From positions 1 to 23,401 of the IMG/VR virus record IMGVR_UViG_2667528074_000003: a stretch of 23,401 nucleotides of DNA, one strand, 5' to 3'. Under the pieces are notes generated by a model that was not told where the DNA came from, searched no databases, and saw nothing but the letters and a program-made list of their open reading frames with translations. The DNA comes from a virus. Lineage: Duplodnaviria > Heunggongvirae > Uroviricota > Caudoviricetes. Shown piece by piece: positions 1-9,203 of the stretch. Numbering within the stretch: position 1 is the stretch's first letter; each line of letters starts with the position of its first letter. A program made the translations under genes and the position numbers.

Positions 1-615
1 ATGTTAGTTAGTAAAAGCAACGGATTTAACGCTAGCGCAGTTTTGGGTAGTGGAAGTTATAATGAAAATAAATCTTCTAAACACATGGAGCTACTAGCTC
101 ATAGTATTTTAAAATTAATTTGTAAGGAAGCTGCATCAGAGACGTATCGCGGTGCTCTTGAAACTTTACAAAAAATGATGTCTGAATGTATATATCATGA
201 AGGCAACGCCTTTGTCATTATGGGAGTTGGAGAACAATTAAAACGTATTAAATATGAAGTTGGTGAAAATAACTTAAAGGTATTCAACGTACACTTTAAT
301 AATAATCACGAGTTAGTTAGTTCTGGTGAGCCTGACGTAATATGTTTAAGCAAGCAGGTCTGGGAAAATCTTCTCATTAAACTAAAGCTGGAAAACAATG
401 AAAATGTGTTTTCTGAAACTAAAAAATTATCGAATAAAAATAATGACGATCAGTTTTTTGAATGCGCTAAAAGAAATGAACAGAACCTTTTCGATAATAT
501 AAGAAAAAGTGATTTTCATGTTGGTTTACTTAAGCCAAGTAGTACGCGTAGTGTTATTTTAGAAACGCCGCCAAATGTCTGTATGGAATCACGTAATTCA
601 TATGAAAAAAAATAG
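1..615 (+). CDS. hypothetical protein, low-GC; possibly the 5' part of a longer gene split at an A8 tract
   Basis: 204-codon ORF in AT-rich DNA starting at the window edge (true start may lie upstream); ends TAG 613-615 directly after an A8 run (605-612). No recognisable domain. Confidence 0.35.
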   Translation: MLVSKSNGFNASAVLGSGSYNENKSSKHMELLAHSILKLICKEAASETYRGALETLQKMMSECIYHEGNAFVIMGVGEQLKRIKYEVGENNLKVFNVHFNNNHELVSSGEPDVICLSKQVWENLLIKLKLENNENVFSETKKLSNKNNDDQFFECAKRNEQNLFDNIRKSDFHVGLLKPSSTRSVILETPPNVCMESRNSYEKK

Positions 616-629
616 ATGAGATTTCATCT

Positions 630-1373
630 TTGTCAGAGTCAAAGGAACACCCCATAGATATTCAAGAAAAAAAAGATGCGTTTGTGAATGAGTTCAAGGG
701 GATATTATTTGATAAAAATGGAAGGTCTTCAGAGTTTCTACTTAATTTTTATGAATGTTGCTATGAGTTTTTACCAAGAGCGCAGCCTCAGGATAAAATC
801 GAAAGCTATAATTCAGCACTGCAAGCTTTCTCCATCTTTTGTTCATCTACGTTGATACATAATAATATAGGCTTTGATTTCAAATTATTTCCAGAAGTCA
901 AACTGTGTGGGGAAAATCTTGAAACGGTATTCAAATATAAAAATGGCGATGATGTCCGGGAGATAGCCAAAATTAACATTACTCTCCAAAAAGAAGAGGA
1001 TGGTTTATATAATTTAGGTGGATTGGATTTTAAGGGATGCTTCTTTTCTGGACAGAACTTCAGTAACTATGATATTCAATATGTGAACTGGGGAACGTCA
1101 TTGTTTGATCTTGATACTCCGTGTATTTTTAATGCGCCTGCTTACAACAAGAGTAATGAAAAATCATTAAAACCTGTGAGCGAAAACGGTTTAAGTGGAG
1201 TCTTGACTGATCGTAATAATAAAATAAAACTCATCACGGGCGTGGCACCATTCGATGATATTTTATTTATGGATGATGACTTTGATGATAGTTCCTCTGA
1301 GGATGATCCCGTTGAGAATAGTCCTGTTGTGACTAGTCCCGTTGTATCAAGTTCTAAAAGCAGTTTTCAATGA
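630..1373 (+). CDS. hypothetical protein, low-GC, acidic Ser/Asp-rich C-terminus; possibly the 3' part of a frameshifted gene
   Basis: 247-codon ORF with TTG start, no in-frame ATG near the 5' end and no Shine-Dalgarno; one extra A in the upstream A8 tract would fuse it in frame to ORF 1-615. Segment LDFKGCFFSGQNFSNYDIQYVNWG is loosely pentapeptide-repeat-like. Confidence 0.4.
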   Translation: MSESKEHPIDIQEKKDAFVNEFKGILFDKNGRSSEFLLNFYECCYEFLPRAQPQDKIESYNSALQAFSIFCSSTLIHNNIGFDFKLFPEVKLCGENLETVFKYKNGDDVREIAKINITLQKEEDGLYNLGGLDFKGCFFSGQNFSNYDIQYVNWGTSLFDLDTPCIFNAPAYNKSNEKSLKPVSENGLSGVLTDRNNKIKLITGVAPFDDILFMDDDFDDSSSEDDPVENSPVVTSPVVSSSKSSFQ

Positions 1374-1758
1374 TTAATAAATGGCTATTTTTACAAAGAG
1401 ATAATAACGTAGATTGAAACAATATGTATTATTGATTGATTAAACGGGATTATTTTTTACACTACAACCATTTTGCTGCCACTACCAAAGAAAAAGGGGC
1501 TACGCTTTCACGTAACCCCTTGATTTATTTGTTGAGCTGGCGGTGTCTGAATTGGTGCTGTAATTGGTTGAAATATTTATTCTAATGTCTGGTTCAACTT
1601 TCCTTAGCTGCCTGAAAGTTTTTTTGATCTTACCCATCAATAATAGGGTTACGGTACACCACGCCTGACTGATGAACTGCGTGCTCAGGGTTACCTCTTC
1701 AACGTAAAACCGTGGCAGGAGGTCCGGACTGAAAAAACTGCTCAGGACATTATCGGCG

Positions 1759-2016
1759 GTGGACGCACGGGTAGTCTGTAAACCGAACCGACTGGGGCGC
1801 AGTATGTGGCATCTTGTCGTGCTGTTGGAGGAGCTGTGCAAACGTGGTATTAACTTTCGTGCTCTGGCCCAATCTATATTTGCCCAACAATGGGGGGACG
1901 AATGCTGTAAAAGTAAAAGAATCTGCGATCTCAAAGTTATTGTGTTATTTTTATGTGAGCAGAAGATATTCATCAGAAACGATTATGTAAATCATTTTAT
2001 TTTGCCGACGGCCTGA
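1759..2016 (+). pseudogene. remnant of a Pin/Hin-type serine recombinase (DNA invertase), internal fragment only
   Basis: Translation VVCKPNRLGRSMWHLVVLLEELCKRGINFRALAQSIF matches the conserved central block of serine invertases as I recall it (Pin: VVWKLDRLGRSMKHL...ELRERGINFRSLTDSID). No N-terminal catalytic-Ser region or C-terminal HTH; the ORF tail is unrelated. Confidence 0.5.
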
Positions 2017-2285
2017 TTGTCGAAAGAAAAGAATACCCCCGTATTCCCTGAATAGATTGACTTTTTTATCCAACCATACTTCAGCGCACTGCGTTTAAAA
2101 AATGCTTCTTTCTTATGTGGAATATCATCATTTCATCATGATGTCTTTGATGAGCGGTGAACACAATACACTTGCGCTGTCTCTTCAGGATGAATCCCCT
2201 GGTCTGGTGCCTGTGGGCTGATGTTGCAGCAGAGCTAAGGTCGCTTAAACGCTACTCAGTATTCACTTTTCAGAGGATGAAATTT

Positions 2286-5200
2286 ATGAACAGGACCAGT
2301 CCCCATTATTGTCGCCGCTCAGTACTTTCCTTATTGATATCTGCCTTGATATATGCCCCGCCTGGGATGACGGCCTTCACTCCTGATGTTATTGGTGTGG
2401 TAAACGATGAGACTGTAGATGGCAGCCAAAGAGTAGATGAACGAGGTACAACAAATAACACTCATATTATCAACCATGGCCAGCAGAATGTTCATGGCGG
2501 GGTATCTAATGGAAGTCTTATTGAATCGGGTGGATATCAAGATGTAGGAAGTCATAACAATTTTGTGGGGCAGGCTAATAATACAACCATTAACGGAGGA
2601 AGACAGACAATTCATGACGGGGGCATTTCCACCGGTACGATAATCGACAGTGGCAATCAGGACGTTTATACAGGTGGTATCAGCAATGGAACGACAATTA
2701 AGGGTGGTAATTCACACATAAGTGGGGGGACTGCGAATGGAACCATCATTGATGGTGGAGGGCAGAAAGTAACAACTCAGGGGCATGTTGATGGTACAAC
2801 GATAAATAAGTCCGGTTATCAGGACATCACGCAAGGAAGTATTGCAACGAACACAATCATAAATGGTGGACGACAGTATGTTGAACAGAGCACAGTAGGA
2901 ACAACCACCATTAAAAATGGCGGTGAGCAAAGAGTATATGAAAGCCATGCGCTGGACACGACGATTGAAGGTGGAACTCAGTCTCTGAATAATAAGTCAA
3001 CGGCAAAAATACTCAGATCTATTCTGGTGGTACGCAAATTGTTGATTACACCAGCTCCTCGGATGTTATTGAAGTTTATTCCGGTGGCGTGCTTGATGTT
3101 AGTGGTGGTACGGCAACAAATGTTACCCAGCACGATGGTGCAATTTTAAAAACAAACACTAACGGTACGACGGTGAGCGGTACGAATAGTGAAGGTGCAT
3201 TCTCCATCCACAATCACGTGGCAGACAATGTGTTGCTGGAAAACGGTGGTCATTTAGACATAAACGCATATGGTTCGGCAAACAAGACGATTATTAAAGA
3301 TAAAGGAACAATGTCAGTTTTAACGAATGCTAAAGCTGATGCGACCCGAATAGATAACGGCGGGGTAATGGATGTTACCGGAAACGCGACCAATACCATA
3401 ATCAATGGTGGTACACAGAATATTAATAATCATGGTATTGCCACGGGTACCAATATCAACGGCGGAACGCAAAATATCAAGAGCGGCGGGAAAGCTGACA
3501 CGACAATTATATCCTCCGGGAGCCGGCAGGTTGTTGAGAAAGATGGTACGGCAACTGGCAGCAATATTAGCGCCGGAGGCTCGCTGATTGTCTATACCGG
3601 TGGTATTGCACATGGGGTTAACCAGGAGACGGGCAGTGCTTTAGTTGCCAACACGGGCGCAGGGACTGATATTGAAGGATACAACAAGCTCTCTCACTTC
3701 ACTATTACCGGAGGGGAGGCTAATTATGTTGTGCTGGAAAATACCGGCGAACTGACGGTAGTGGCTAAAACCTCGGCGAAAAATACTACCGTTGATGCTG
3801 GCGGTAAGCTGATTGTCCAGAAGGAGGCTAAAACAGATACCACCAGACTTAATAATGGTGGCGTTCTGGAGGTTCAGGACGGTGGTGAGGCTAAGCATGT
3901 TGAGCAACAATCCGGCGGCGCATTAATTGCTTCCACAACTTCCGGAACCCTTATCGAAGGAACCAACAGTTATGGTGATGCTTTCTACATCAGGAATTCA
4001 GAAGCTAAAAATGTAGTGCTGGAAAACGCTGGCTCATTAACAGTCGTCACTGGTTCCCGGGCAGTTGATACGATTATTAATGCCAACGGCAAAATGGATG
4101 TTTATGGAAAAGATGTTGGCACTGTACTCAATAGTGCTGGCACCCAAACAATATATGCCAGTGCCACTTCTGATAAAGCAAATATCAAAGGTGGCAAGCA
4201 AACGGTATATGGATTAGCCACTGAGGCAAATATCGAAAGTGGTGAACAAATTGTTGATGGTGGGTCAACAGAGAAAACACACATCAATGGTGGCACGCAA
4301 ACCGTTCAGAATTATGGTAAGGCAATCAATACCGATATCGTCTCTGGCCTACAACAAATTATGGCAAACGGGACAGCGGAAGGTTCCATTATTAATGGGT
4401 GTTCACAGGTAGTTAATGAGGGCGGTCTGGCTGAAAACTCGGTGCTTAATGACGGCGGCACACTCGATGTGCGGGAGAAAGGCAGCGCAACGGGGATACA
4501 GCAGAGTAGCCAGGACGCTTTGGTTGCAACCACCAGGGCGACGCGGGTCACAGGAACACGCGCGGATGGCGTCGCGTTCAGCATCGAGCAGGGTGCGGCG
4601 AACAATATCCTGCTGGCAAATGGCGGCGTGTTAACCATGGAGTCAGACACCTCTTCTGACAAAACACAGGTCAATACGGGCGGACGGGAGATCGTCAAAA
4701 CAAAAGCCACTGCGACAGGCACGACGCTCACCGGCGGCGAACAAATCGTCGAGGGGGTGGCGAATGAGACAACGATTAACGACGGCGGAATACAAACAGT
4801 TTCAGCTAACGGAGAGGCAATAAAAACAAAGATCAATGAAGGCGGTACGCTGACAGTTAACGATAATGGCAAAGCGACAGATATCGTCCAGAACAGCGGT
4901 GCCGCTCTCCAGACGAGCACGGCTAACGGTATTGAAATCAGCGGTACTCACCAGTACGGCACTTTTTCCATTTCCGGCAATTTAGCGACCAATATGTTGC
5001 TGGAAAATGGCGGTAATTTATTGGTATTAGCAGGTACCGAAGCTCGCGACTCCACGGTTGGCAGCGGTGGAGCCGCCAACGGCAGTTATCGCAGCAACGG
5101 GCTGGGCGGTCACATTGAAACCGGGATGCGATTTACCGATGGTAACTGGAACCTGACGCCGTATGCATCGTTAACGGGGGTTCACCGCTGATAACCCTGA

Positions 5201-5546
5201 ATATCATTTATCCAATGGCATGGAATCGAAATCAGTCGATACCCGCAGTTTATATCGTGAACTGGGTGCAACGCTGAGTTACAACATGCGTCTGGGGAAC
5301 GGTATGGAAGTTGAGCCGTGGCTGAAGGCGGCTGTGCGCAAAGAATTTGTCGATGATAACCGGGTGAAAGTGAATAGTGACGGTAATTTCGTCAATGATT
5401 TGTCGGGCAGACGTGGAATATACCAGGCAGGTATTAAAGCCTCATTCAGCAGTACGTTAAGCGGGCATCTTGGGGTGGGGTATAGCCATGGTGCCGGTGT
5501 GGAATCCCCGTGGAACGGGGTAGCTGGTGTGAACTGGTCGTTCTGA
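2286..5546 (+). pseudogene. AIDA-type autotransporter adhesin gene, disrupted by three homopolymer frameshifts and with a shortened beta-barrel domain
   Basis: RBS GAGGA then ATG 2286; signal-peptide-like N-terminus MNRTSPHYCRRSVLSLLISALIYAPPGMTA; long passenger of ~19-aa repeats (GGxQxVxxGGxAxxTxI); autotransporter C-terminus ending VAGVNWSF. Frame changes at A5 (3005-3009), and G5 (5176-5180); the barrel-like part is only ~150 aa. Confidence 0.6.
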
Positions 5547-5560
5547 CCATCAACGAAAAA

Positions 5561-5576
5561 GCCCACATCTGTGGGC
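5561..5576. terminator. hairpin after the autotransporter stop (GCCCACA..TGTGGGC) flanked by A5 and T3
   Basis: Inverted repeat 5561-5567/5570-5576, 15 nt after stop 5544-5546; short T tract, so terminator function is uncertain. Confidence 0.4.
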
Positions 5577-5706
5577 TTTCATGTCACCAGGAGCCGCGGC
5601 TCCTTTGCGTATCCTTTTATGTCTCTTCACCGTCTGGTCGGTGTCCTGCTGAGACTGCTAACTTCCTGTTTTTATTGGTGTTGTCCTTATACCGTCCAAT
5701 CATGAT

Positions 5707-5733
5707 TGGTGGAGCTGGCGGGAGTTGAACCCG
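5707..5733 (-). other. prophage attachment-site core: 27-nt copy of the 3' end of tmRNA (ssrA)
   Basis: Reverse complement reads CGGGTTCAACTCCCGCCAGCTCCACCA, which is a T-arm plus acceptor-3' strand plus CCA and matches the ssrA 3' terminus as I remember it. Not a complete RNA gene: the sequence beyond 5734 is unrelated. Integrase stop lies 133 bp away. Confidence 0.6.
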
Positions 5734-5865
5734 TGATCGGAATTCACATAGTTTATTGAATATGAACGATTTATTTTTTCACGCAAGGAATTATGTGCAT
5801 TTTACGTACATATTGTTGTCCCTGTAACGTCCTGATTCTGTACAATATTCTGAAATATTTTACCG

Positions 5866-7038
5866 TTACCGGGCTGCAGAAATCGCCGTTTTTCCATCGT
5901 ATTCTGCAAGGTAAGAGCCGTAATGTCTGAACAGCATTTCCGGTCCTTTGTGCCCCATCTGACCAGCCAGCCAGAACAGGTTAACGCCCTGGCTAATGTG
6001 CCGAGTGGCGAACGTATGGCGTGTCTGGTACGGATTGCGATAACGTACACCAGCCTTTTTAAGGGTCGGTACCCAGGCTTTTTTGCGGATCGCATCTGCG
6101 TTTGCCCAGGGAGCTCGAGTTTTCGGATCGCTGAATATGAAGTCGCTTTTTAGCGCCGTGTAGGGCTTTTGTGCCTGAAGAGCTACCAGCGCTTCGTTGT
6201 TCAGTTGTACTTTGCGAGTACCGGCTTTTGTTTTGGTACTTTTGATTACCCCGACTACGCTTGCAGTCTGGACATGTGCTGTGTTGCCGATGAAGTCTAT
6301 ATCTGTCCAGCGCAACGCGCACAATTCCGAGCTGCGTAGTCCGGTATTAAAGGCGAAACGAAACAGATTTTGCCATTCCGGGTAATGACAGGCGTCATAG
6401 ATTGCTGCTGTCTCTGCTGGCGTAAAAGGATCGACCTCGTAATCATCACTGCCTGGTGTGTTGTCCAATACGTGATACCGGCTGGCGCTGACCAGCGTGA
6501 CAGGATTTATTGTTAACAAACCATCGGTCACCGCTTCATCTATGGCGCTGCGCAGAAATGAAAGATTATTGCGGATCGTTTTCAGTTTTGTTTTTCTGCT
6601 GGCGATCCAGTTTTTGAGTACTGCAGGTGTCAGTTCTGATACATGAAATTTATGCAGTGCTGACAGTGCAGACAGGCATTTTTCATACCCTTTAATTGTC
6701 GATGGCGACAGGTTACGGTTCTGGCAGATAGTCAGGTATTCATCCAGGTAAGATTTTATATTTTTGTTTTTTTTCACTCCCCCGAACAGCTCCAGCTTTT
6801 GGGAGTTGGGGAAGTATTTTGCATATTCGAAGGTACCACCGATAATCTGATTTTTTATTTCTCCCAGCAGACGCTCGGCATACTTCACACCGCGCGCGTT
6901 TACTTCCATTCTGGAGAGGGGCTCCCGACACAGAACCCCTTTATATGTAAAAGTGATAACCAGAGTGCTACCAGTTTTATGCTGGCGAATAGTTACTCCT
7001 CTAGGGAGAGATAATGATCCTTGTTCTTTCTTGCCCAT
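5866..7038 (-). CDS. int: tyrosine site-specific integrase (lambda Int family)
   Basis: 390 aa; C-terminal catalytic region with RHTFATRHISQG and LAGQMGHKGPEMLFRHYGSY (conserved His/Arg and catalytic Tyr); GGAG RBS; adjacent to att core and transcribed toward it. Confidence 0.9.
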   Translation of the reverse strand: MGKKEQGSLSLPRGVTIRQHKTGSTLVITFTYKGVLCREPLSRMEVNARGVKYAERLLGEIKNQIIGGTFEYAKYFPNSQKLELFGGVKKNKNIKSYLDEYLTICQNRNLSPSTIKGYEKCLSALSALHKFHVSELTPAVLKNWIASRKTKLKTIRNNLSFLRSAIDEAVTDGLLTINPVTLVSASRYHVLDNTPGSDDYEVDPFTPAETAAIYDACHYPEWQNLFRFAFNTGLRSSELCALRWTDIDFIGNTAHVQTASVVGVIKSTKTKAGTRKVQLNNEALVALQAQKPYTALKSDFIFSDPKTRAPWANADAIRKKAWVPTLKKAGVRYRNPYQTRHTFATRHISQGVNLFWLAGQMGHKGPEMLFRHYGSYLAEYDGKTAISAAR

Positions 7039-7202
7039 TTTGAAATCTCCATTAAGTCGACCCAGCGTTCTTTAACTCCGTCGACTTTTAATACATGTAC
7101 CCCTTCTTTCCATATTCCTCTTTGTATCCGTTTGTTAACGGCATCAACCGTTTCTCCCGCGTCGCGGCAGTAGGTTGATATAGGTACGCAATCCAGCCCC
7201 AT
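6993..7202 (-). CDS. xis: excisionase-like small DNA-binding protein
   Basis: 69 aa, basic, directly upstream of and overlapping int by 46 nt; strong RBS GAGGTGA 5 nt before ATG 7202. Assignment by position and size, not by clear motif. Confidence 0.55.
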   Translation of the reverse strand: MGLDCVPISTYCRDAGETVDAVNKRIQRGIWKEGVHVLKVDGVKERWVDLMEISKWARKNKDHYLSLEE

Positions 7203-7210
7203 ACATCACC

Positions 7211-7357
7211 TCACACAACATTTAGCCCACGGCAGTGGCACCACACTTCAAACATTCGCTTCACAATTTCACGACAATAGAAACCGTCAACATCTCGCGT
7301 CAGGTCATAGCTATTGCCGTAACGCTGGCGTACCCATAGCTCAAACGCTTTATTCAT
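7211..7357 (-). CDS. hypothetical small protein (48 aa)
   Basis: Not in the ORF track (<60 aa). ATG 7357 preceded by AAGGAAG; its stop TGA sits 8 nt before the xis start; translation MNKAFELWVRQRYGNSYDLTRDVDGFYCREIVKRMFEVWCHCRGLNVV. Confidence 0.35.
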   Translation of the reverse strand: MNKAFELWVRQRYGNSYDLTRDVDGFYCREIVKRMFEVWCHCRGLNVV

Positions 7358-7360
7358 TCT

Positions 7361-7603
7361 TTACTTCCTTTTCATGGCACGTAATTTTTTCAGATGAGCT
7401 TCCTGTTCTGTTTCTGCCAGAATTTGTCGGTATTCCTGGTGATCGATCCGTTCAAACGATTCATTAAAATCGTTCATTTTTACCGATTGTGTTTGCCCGT
7501 CCATTCTTCTGTACAACACGGTGTTGTTTATGTAGCGAACAATTTTTACCGGGTAACCGGCACTGTCGGTATACAGTTGTCCTTGATTAATCAGAGCGAA
7601 CAT
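7361..7603 (-). CDS. hypothetical protein (80 aa)
   Basis: Internal start of the 121-codon track ORF chosen because AGGAGA lies 6 nt upstream of ATG 7603; tightly packed with the flanking genes. Confidence 0.5.
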   Translation of the reverse strand: MFALINQGQLYTDSAGYPVKIVRYINNTVLYRRMDGQTQSVKMNDFNESFERIDHQEYRQILAETEQEAHLKKLRAMKRK

Positions 7604-7634
7604 TTTTTCTCCTGCTCTCTGAATAGTGAGAACT

Positions 7635-8018
7635 TCAGAGTCGTATGTTTGTAGCGGGTTTAATACTGATAATTTCTGCTGAGACAAGCATCCCGGCAAG
7701 CCAGAGCTCTCTGGACAGGTCTTCATCCTGGCATATCAGTTCGCCAATATTAATGGTGGCCATGATATCCGTTTCCCCAGTACGCTTATCCCTGACTTCT
7801 TCATAAGGTAGCGTTGCGTACAGGCTTTCAATAGCGCAACTGATAACATCCAGTCCGGTCAGATTGCCGCCGACAGTAACTTCGAATGTTTCGCGGTATT
7901 CCCATAGTCCGAAAGTTAATCGAACGGTTTGTTTTGCCATGCGTCCGCACGACGTCAGATTCGGGTCATAGTTCATTATTTTCGGTTGAGTATTCTGGTT
8001 GTTCATCTGATTTTTCAT
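7635..8018 (-). CDS. hypothetical protein (~127 aa; start uncertain)
   Basis: Track ORF 7635-8081 would overlap the SPFH gene by 35 nt, so the in-frame ATG at 8018 is preferred; no clear SD. A perfect 6-bp GC hairpin (8024-8039) lies just upstream. Confidence 0.4.
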   Translation of the reverse strand: MKNQMNNQNTQPKIMNYDPNLTSCGRMAKQTVRLTFGLWEYRETFEVTVGGNLTGLDVISCAIESLYATLPYEEVRDKRTGETDIMATINIGELICQDEDLSRELWLAGMLVSAEIISIKPATNIRL

Positions 8019-8046
8019 TAACCCGGCGGTTTGCCGGGCATATAAG

Positions 8047-8874
8047 TTATTTAATCTGGATAAATGGTGTATTGGCACCACTGGTCATGTATTGCGGCAG
8101 TGTACCGTTCCACTTGTTGATGGCTTCCAGTTCCATGACGCCTGGGTTCTGGCGCAGAGCTTCGCCGCGTAAACGAATGGCATCGGCTTCTGCCTGGGCT
8201 TTTGTACGAATCGCATCAGCCTGTCCGGCAGCTTCCGCGCGCAGCATGTTGGCTTCCGCTTCGCGCTGTTTTACTTCCTGCTCGCGTTGCAGGGTTTTCT
8301 GGTTCGCCGTGACTTTGGCATTAATGCTGTCGATAACGGTTGGCGGGTATTCCGGCTTACCCACATATGAGAGGCTCATTACCTGAATACCAATGGGTGT
8401 CATTTCTTCCTGAATGTCTTTGAGAGCTGCATCCAGAAGTTCAGACTTACCGCCGTCGATAAATTTGTCGGTGGTCATTTTGCTGGCCAGTCGGTTGAGT
8501 GCATCTGCGATCTTCTGGCGCAGGTCTGTGTCGGTAATGTCATCCACGCCTTTGCGGTAGGTCTGAAACACCGTGGTAACTTTGGATGGATCAACTTTGT
8601 AGGCCACACCGATGTGATAGCCGATGGTTGTACCGTCACTCATCTGGAAACTGAACGGTTCATCGTAGGTCTTCATTTGTTTGAAGGTGGGGAAGATATA
8701 AACTTCAGTATTCCAGCCAGTCCAGTAGCGACCAACACCGACCACCTCACCGACGCCTTTGTCGTCGCCCAGTTTATTTACCTTGATGCCAACATTACCT
8801 GGTTCAACGCGATCGCAACCGACAAGGCCAATGGTCGGAATAACAATGGCTAAAGCAAAAATAACTTTTTTCAT
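8047..8874 (-). CDS. SPFH/band-7 (stomatin-prohibitin-flotillin-HflK/C) domain lipoprotein
   Basis: 275 aa; N-terminal signal with lipobox (MKKVIFALAIVIPTIGLVGC); SPFH-like core; C-terminal Ala/Glu/Arg/Gln-rich coiled coil (QREQEVKQREAEANMLRAEAAGQADAIRTKAQAEADAIRLRGEAL); AAGGA RBS; ATGA overlap with the upstream gene. Confidence 0.8.
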   Translation of the reverse strand: MKKVIFALAIVIPTIGLVGCDRVEPGNVGIKVNKLGDDKGVGEVVGVGRYWTGWNTEVYIFPTFKQMKTYDEPFSFQMSDGTTIGYHIGVAYKVDPSKVTTVFQTYRKGVDDITDTDLRQKIADALNRLASKMTTDKFIDGGKSELLDAALKDIQEEMTPIGIQVMSLSYVGKPEYPPTVIDSINAKVTANQKTLQREQEVKQREAEANMLRAEAAGQADAIRTKAQAEADAIRLRGEALRQNPGVMELEAINKWNGTLPQYMTSGANTPFIQIK

Positions 8875-9059
8875 CTTTTATCCTTAGTGAAAGAAAGACC
8901 CTTGTAAATGGCATAAATGCAGGGCGGGGTCAGAAACGCCAGTGCAAAGCCGGAAATGACTGCTACCGTATCCTTCATGGATATAAGGAACGGGACGAGT
9001 AGTCCGTAAATGCATGCGATAATTGCCAGTAAAATTACTATTCTGAAATACAATCTCAT
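8871..9059 (-). CDS. small two-helix membrane protein, translationally coupled to the SPFH lipoprotein
   Basis: 62 aa with two hydrophobic stretches (IVILLAIIACIYGLLVPFLI and VISGFALAFLTPPCIYAIY); its stop overlaps the SPFH start (ATGA). Weak RBS. Confidence 0.55.
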   Translation of the reverse strand: MRLYFRIVILLAIIACIYGLLVPFLISMKDTVAVISGFALAFLTPPCIYAIYKGLSFTKDKR

Positions 9060-9203
9060 TGGTTTGTTGCATCCCGATATTTTTAACTGACTGACAGCGC
9101 AATAAAGAGAATAATGATTTCTGTTAGTGTCAGTACTGTGGCAAGGATTAAAAACAGTTTTACTCTGCTTAATTCACGGTTGCTTTTCATATAAACGGTT
9201 AGT

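Noticed and set aside
2331-4920. Minus-strand and alternative-frame ORFs inside the autotransporter gene (2331-2615, 2712-2948, 3320-3613, 3405-3587, 3641-3910, 4102-4296, 4312-4920, 4416-4634)
   Set aside because: Nested within the repetitive Gly/Thr-rich passenger coding region; low-complexity translations, no RBS; typical antisense artefacts.
5707-5733. Possible intact tRNA or tmRNA gene
   Set aside because: Only the 3'-terminal 27 nt are present; the sequence beyond 5734 does not continue as tmRNA or fold as a tRNA, so this is an att repeat, not an RNA gene.
5923-8853. Antisense or nested ORFs within int, xis, the early-left genes and the SPFH gene (5923-6153, 6059-6322, 6197-6385, 6740-6931, 6799-7014, 7394-7654, 7886-8386, 8614-8853, 8884-9102, 9240-9632, 9865-10157, 10718-11080, 11451-11651)
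   Set aside because: Each lies opposite or inside a gene with recognisable motifs or strong coupling signals; none has an RBS or domain signature.
9083-9190. 35-aa hydrophobic ORF (MKSNRELSRVKLFLILATVLTLTEIIILFIALSVS) between the terminator and the small membrane-protein gene
   Set aside because: No Shine-Dalgarno, and it begins immediately after an intrinsic terminator; it could be a small membrane peptide, but the evidence is too weak to call without expression data.
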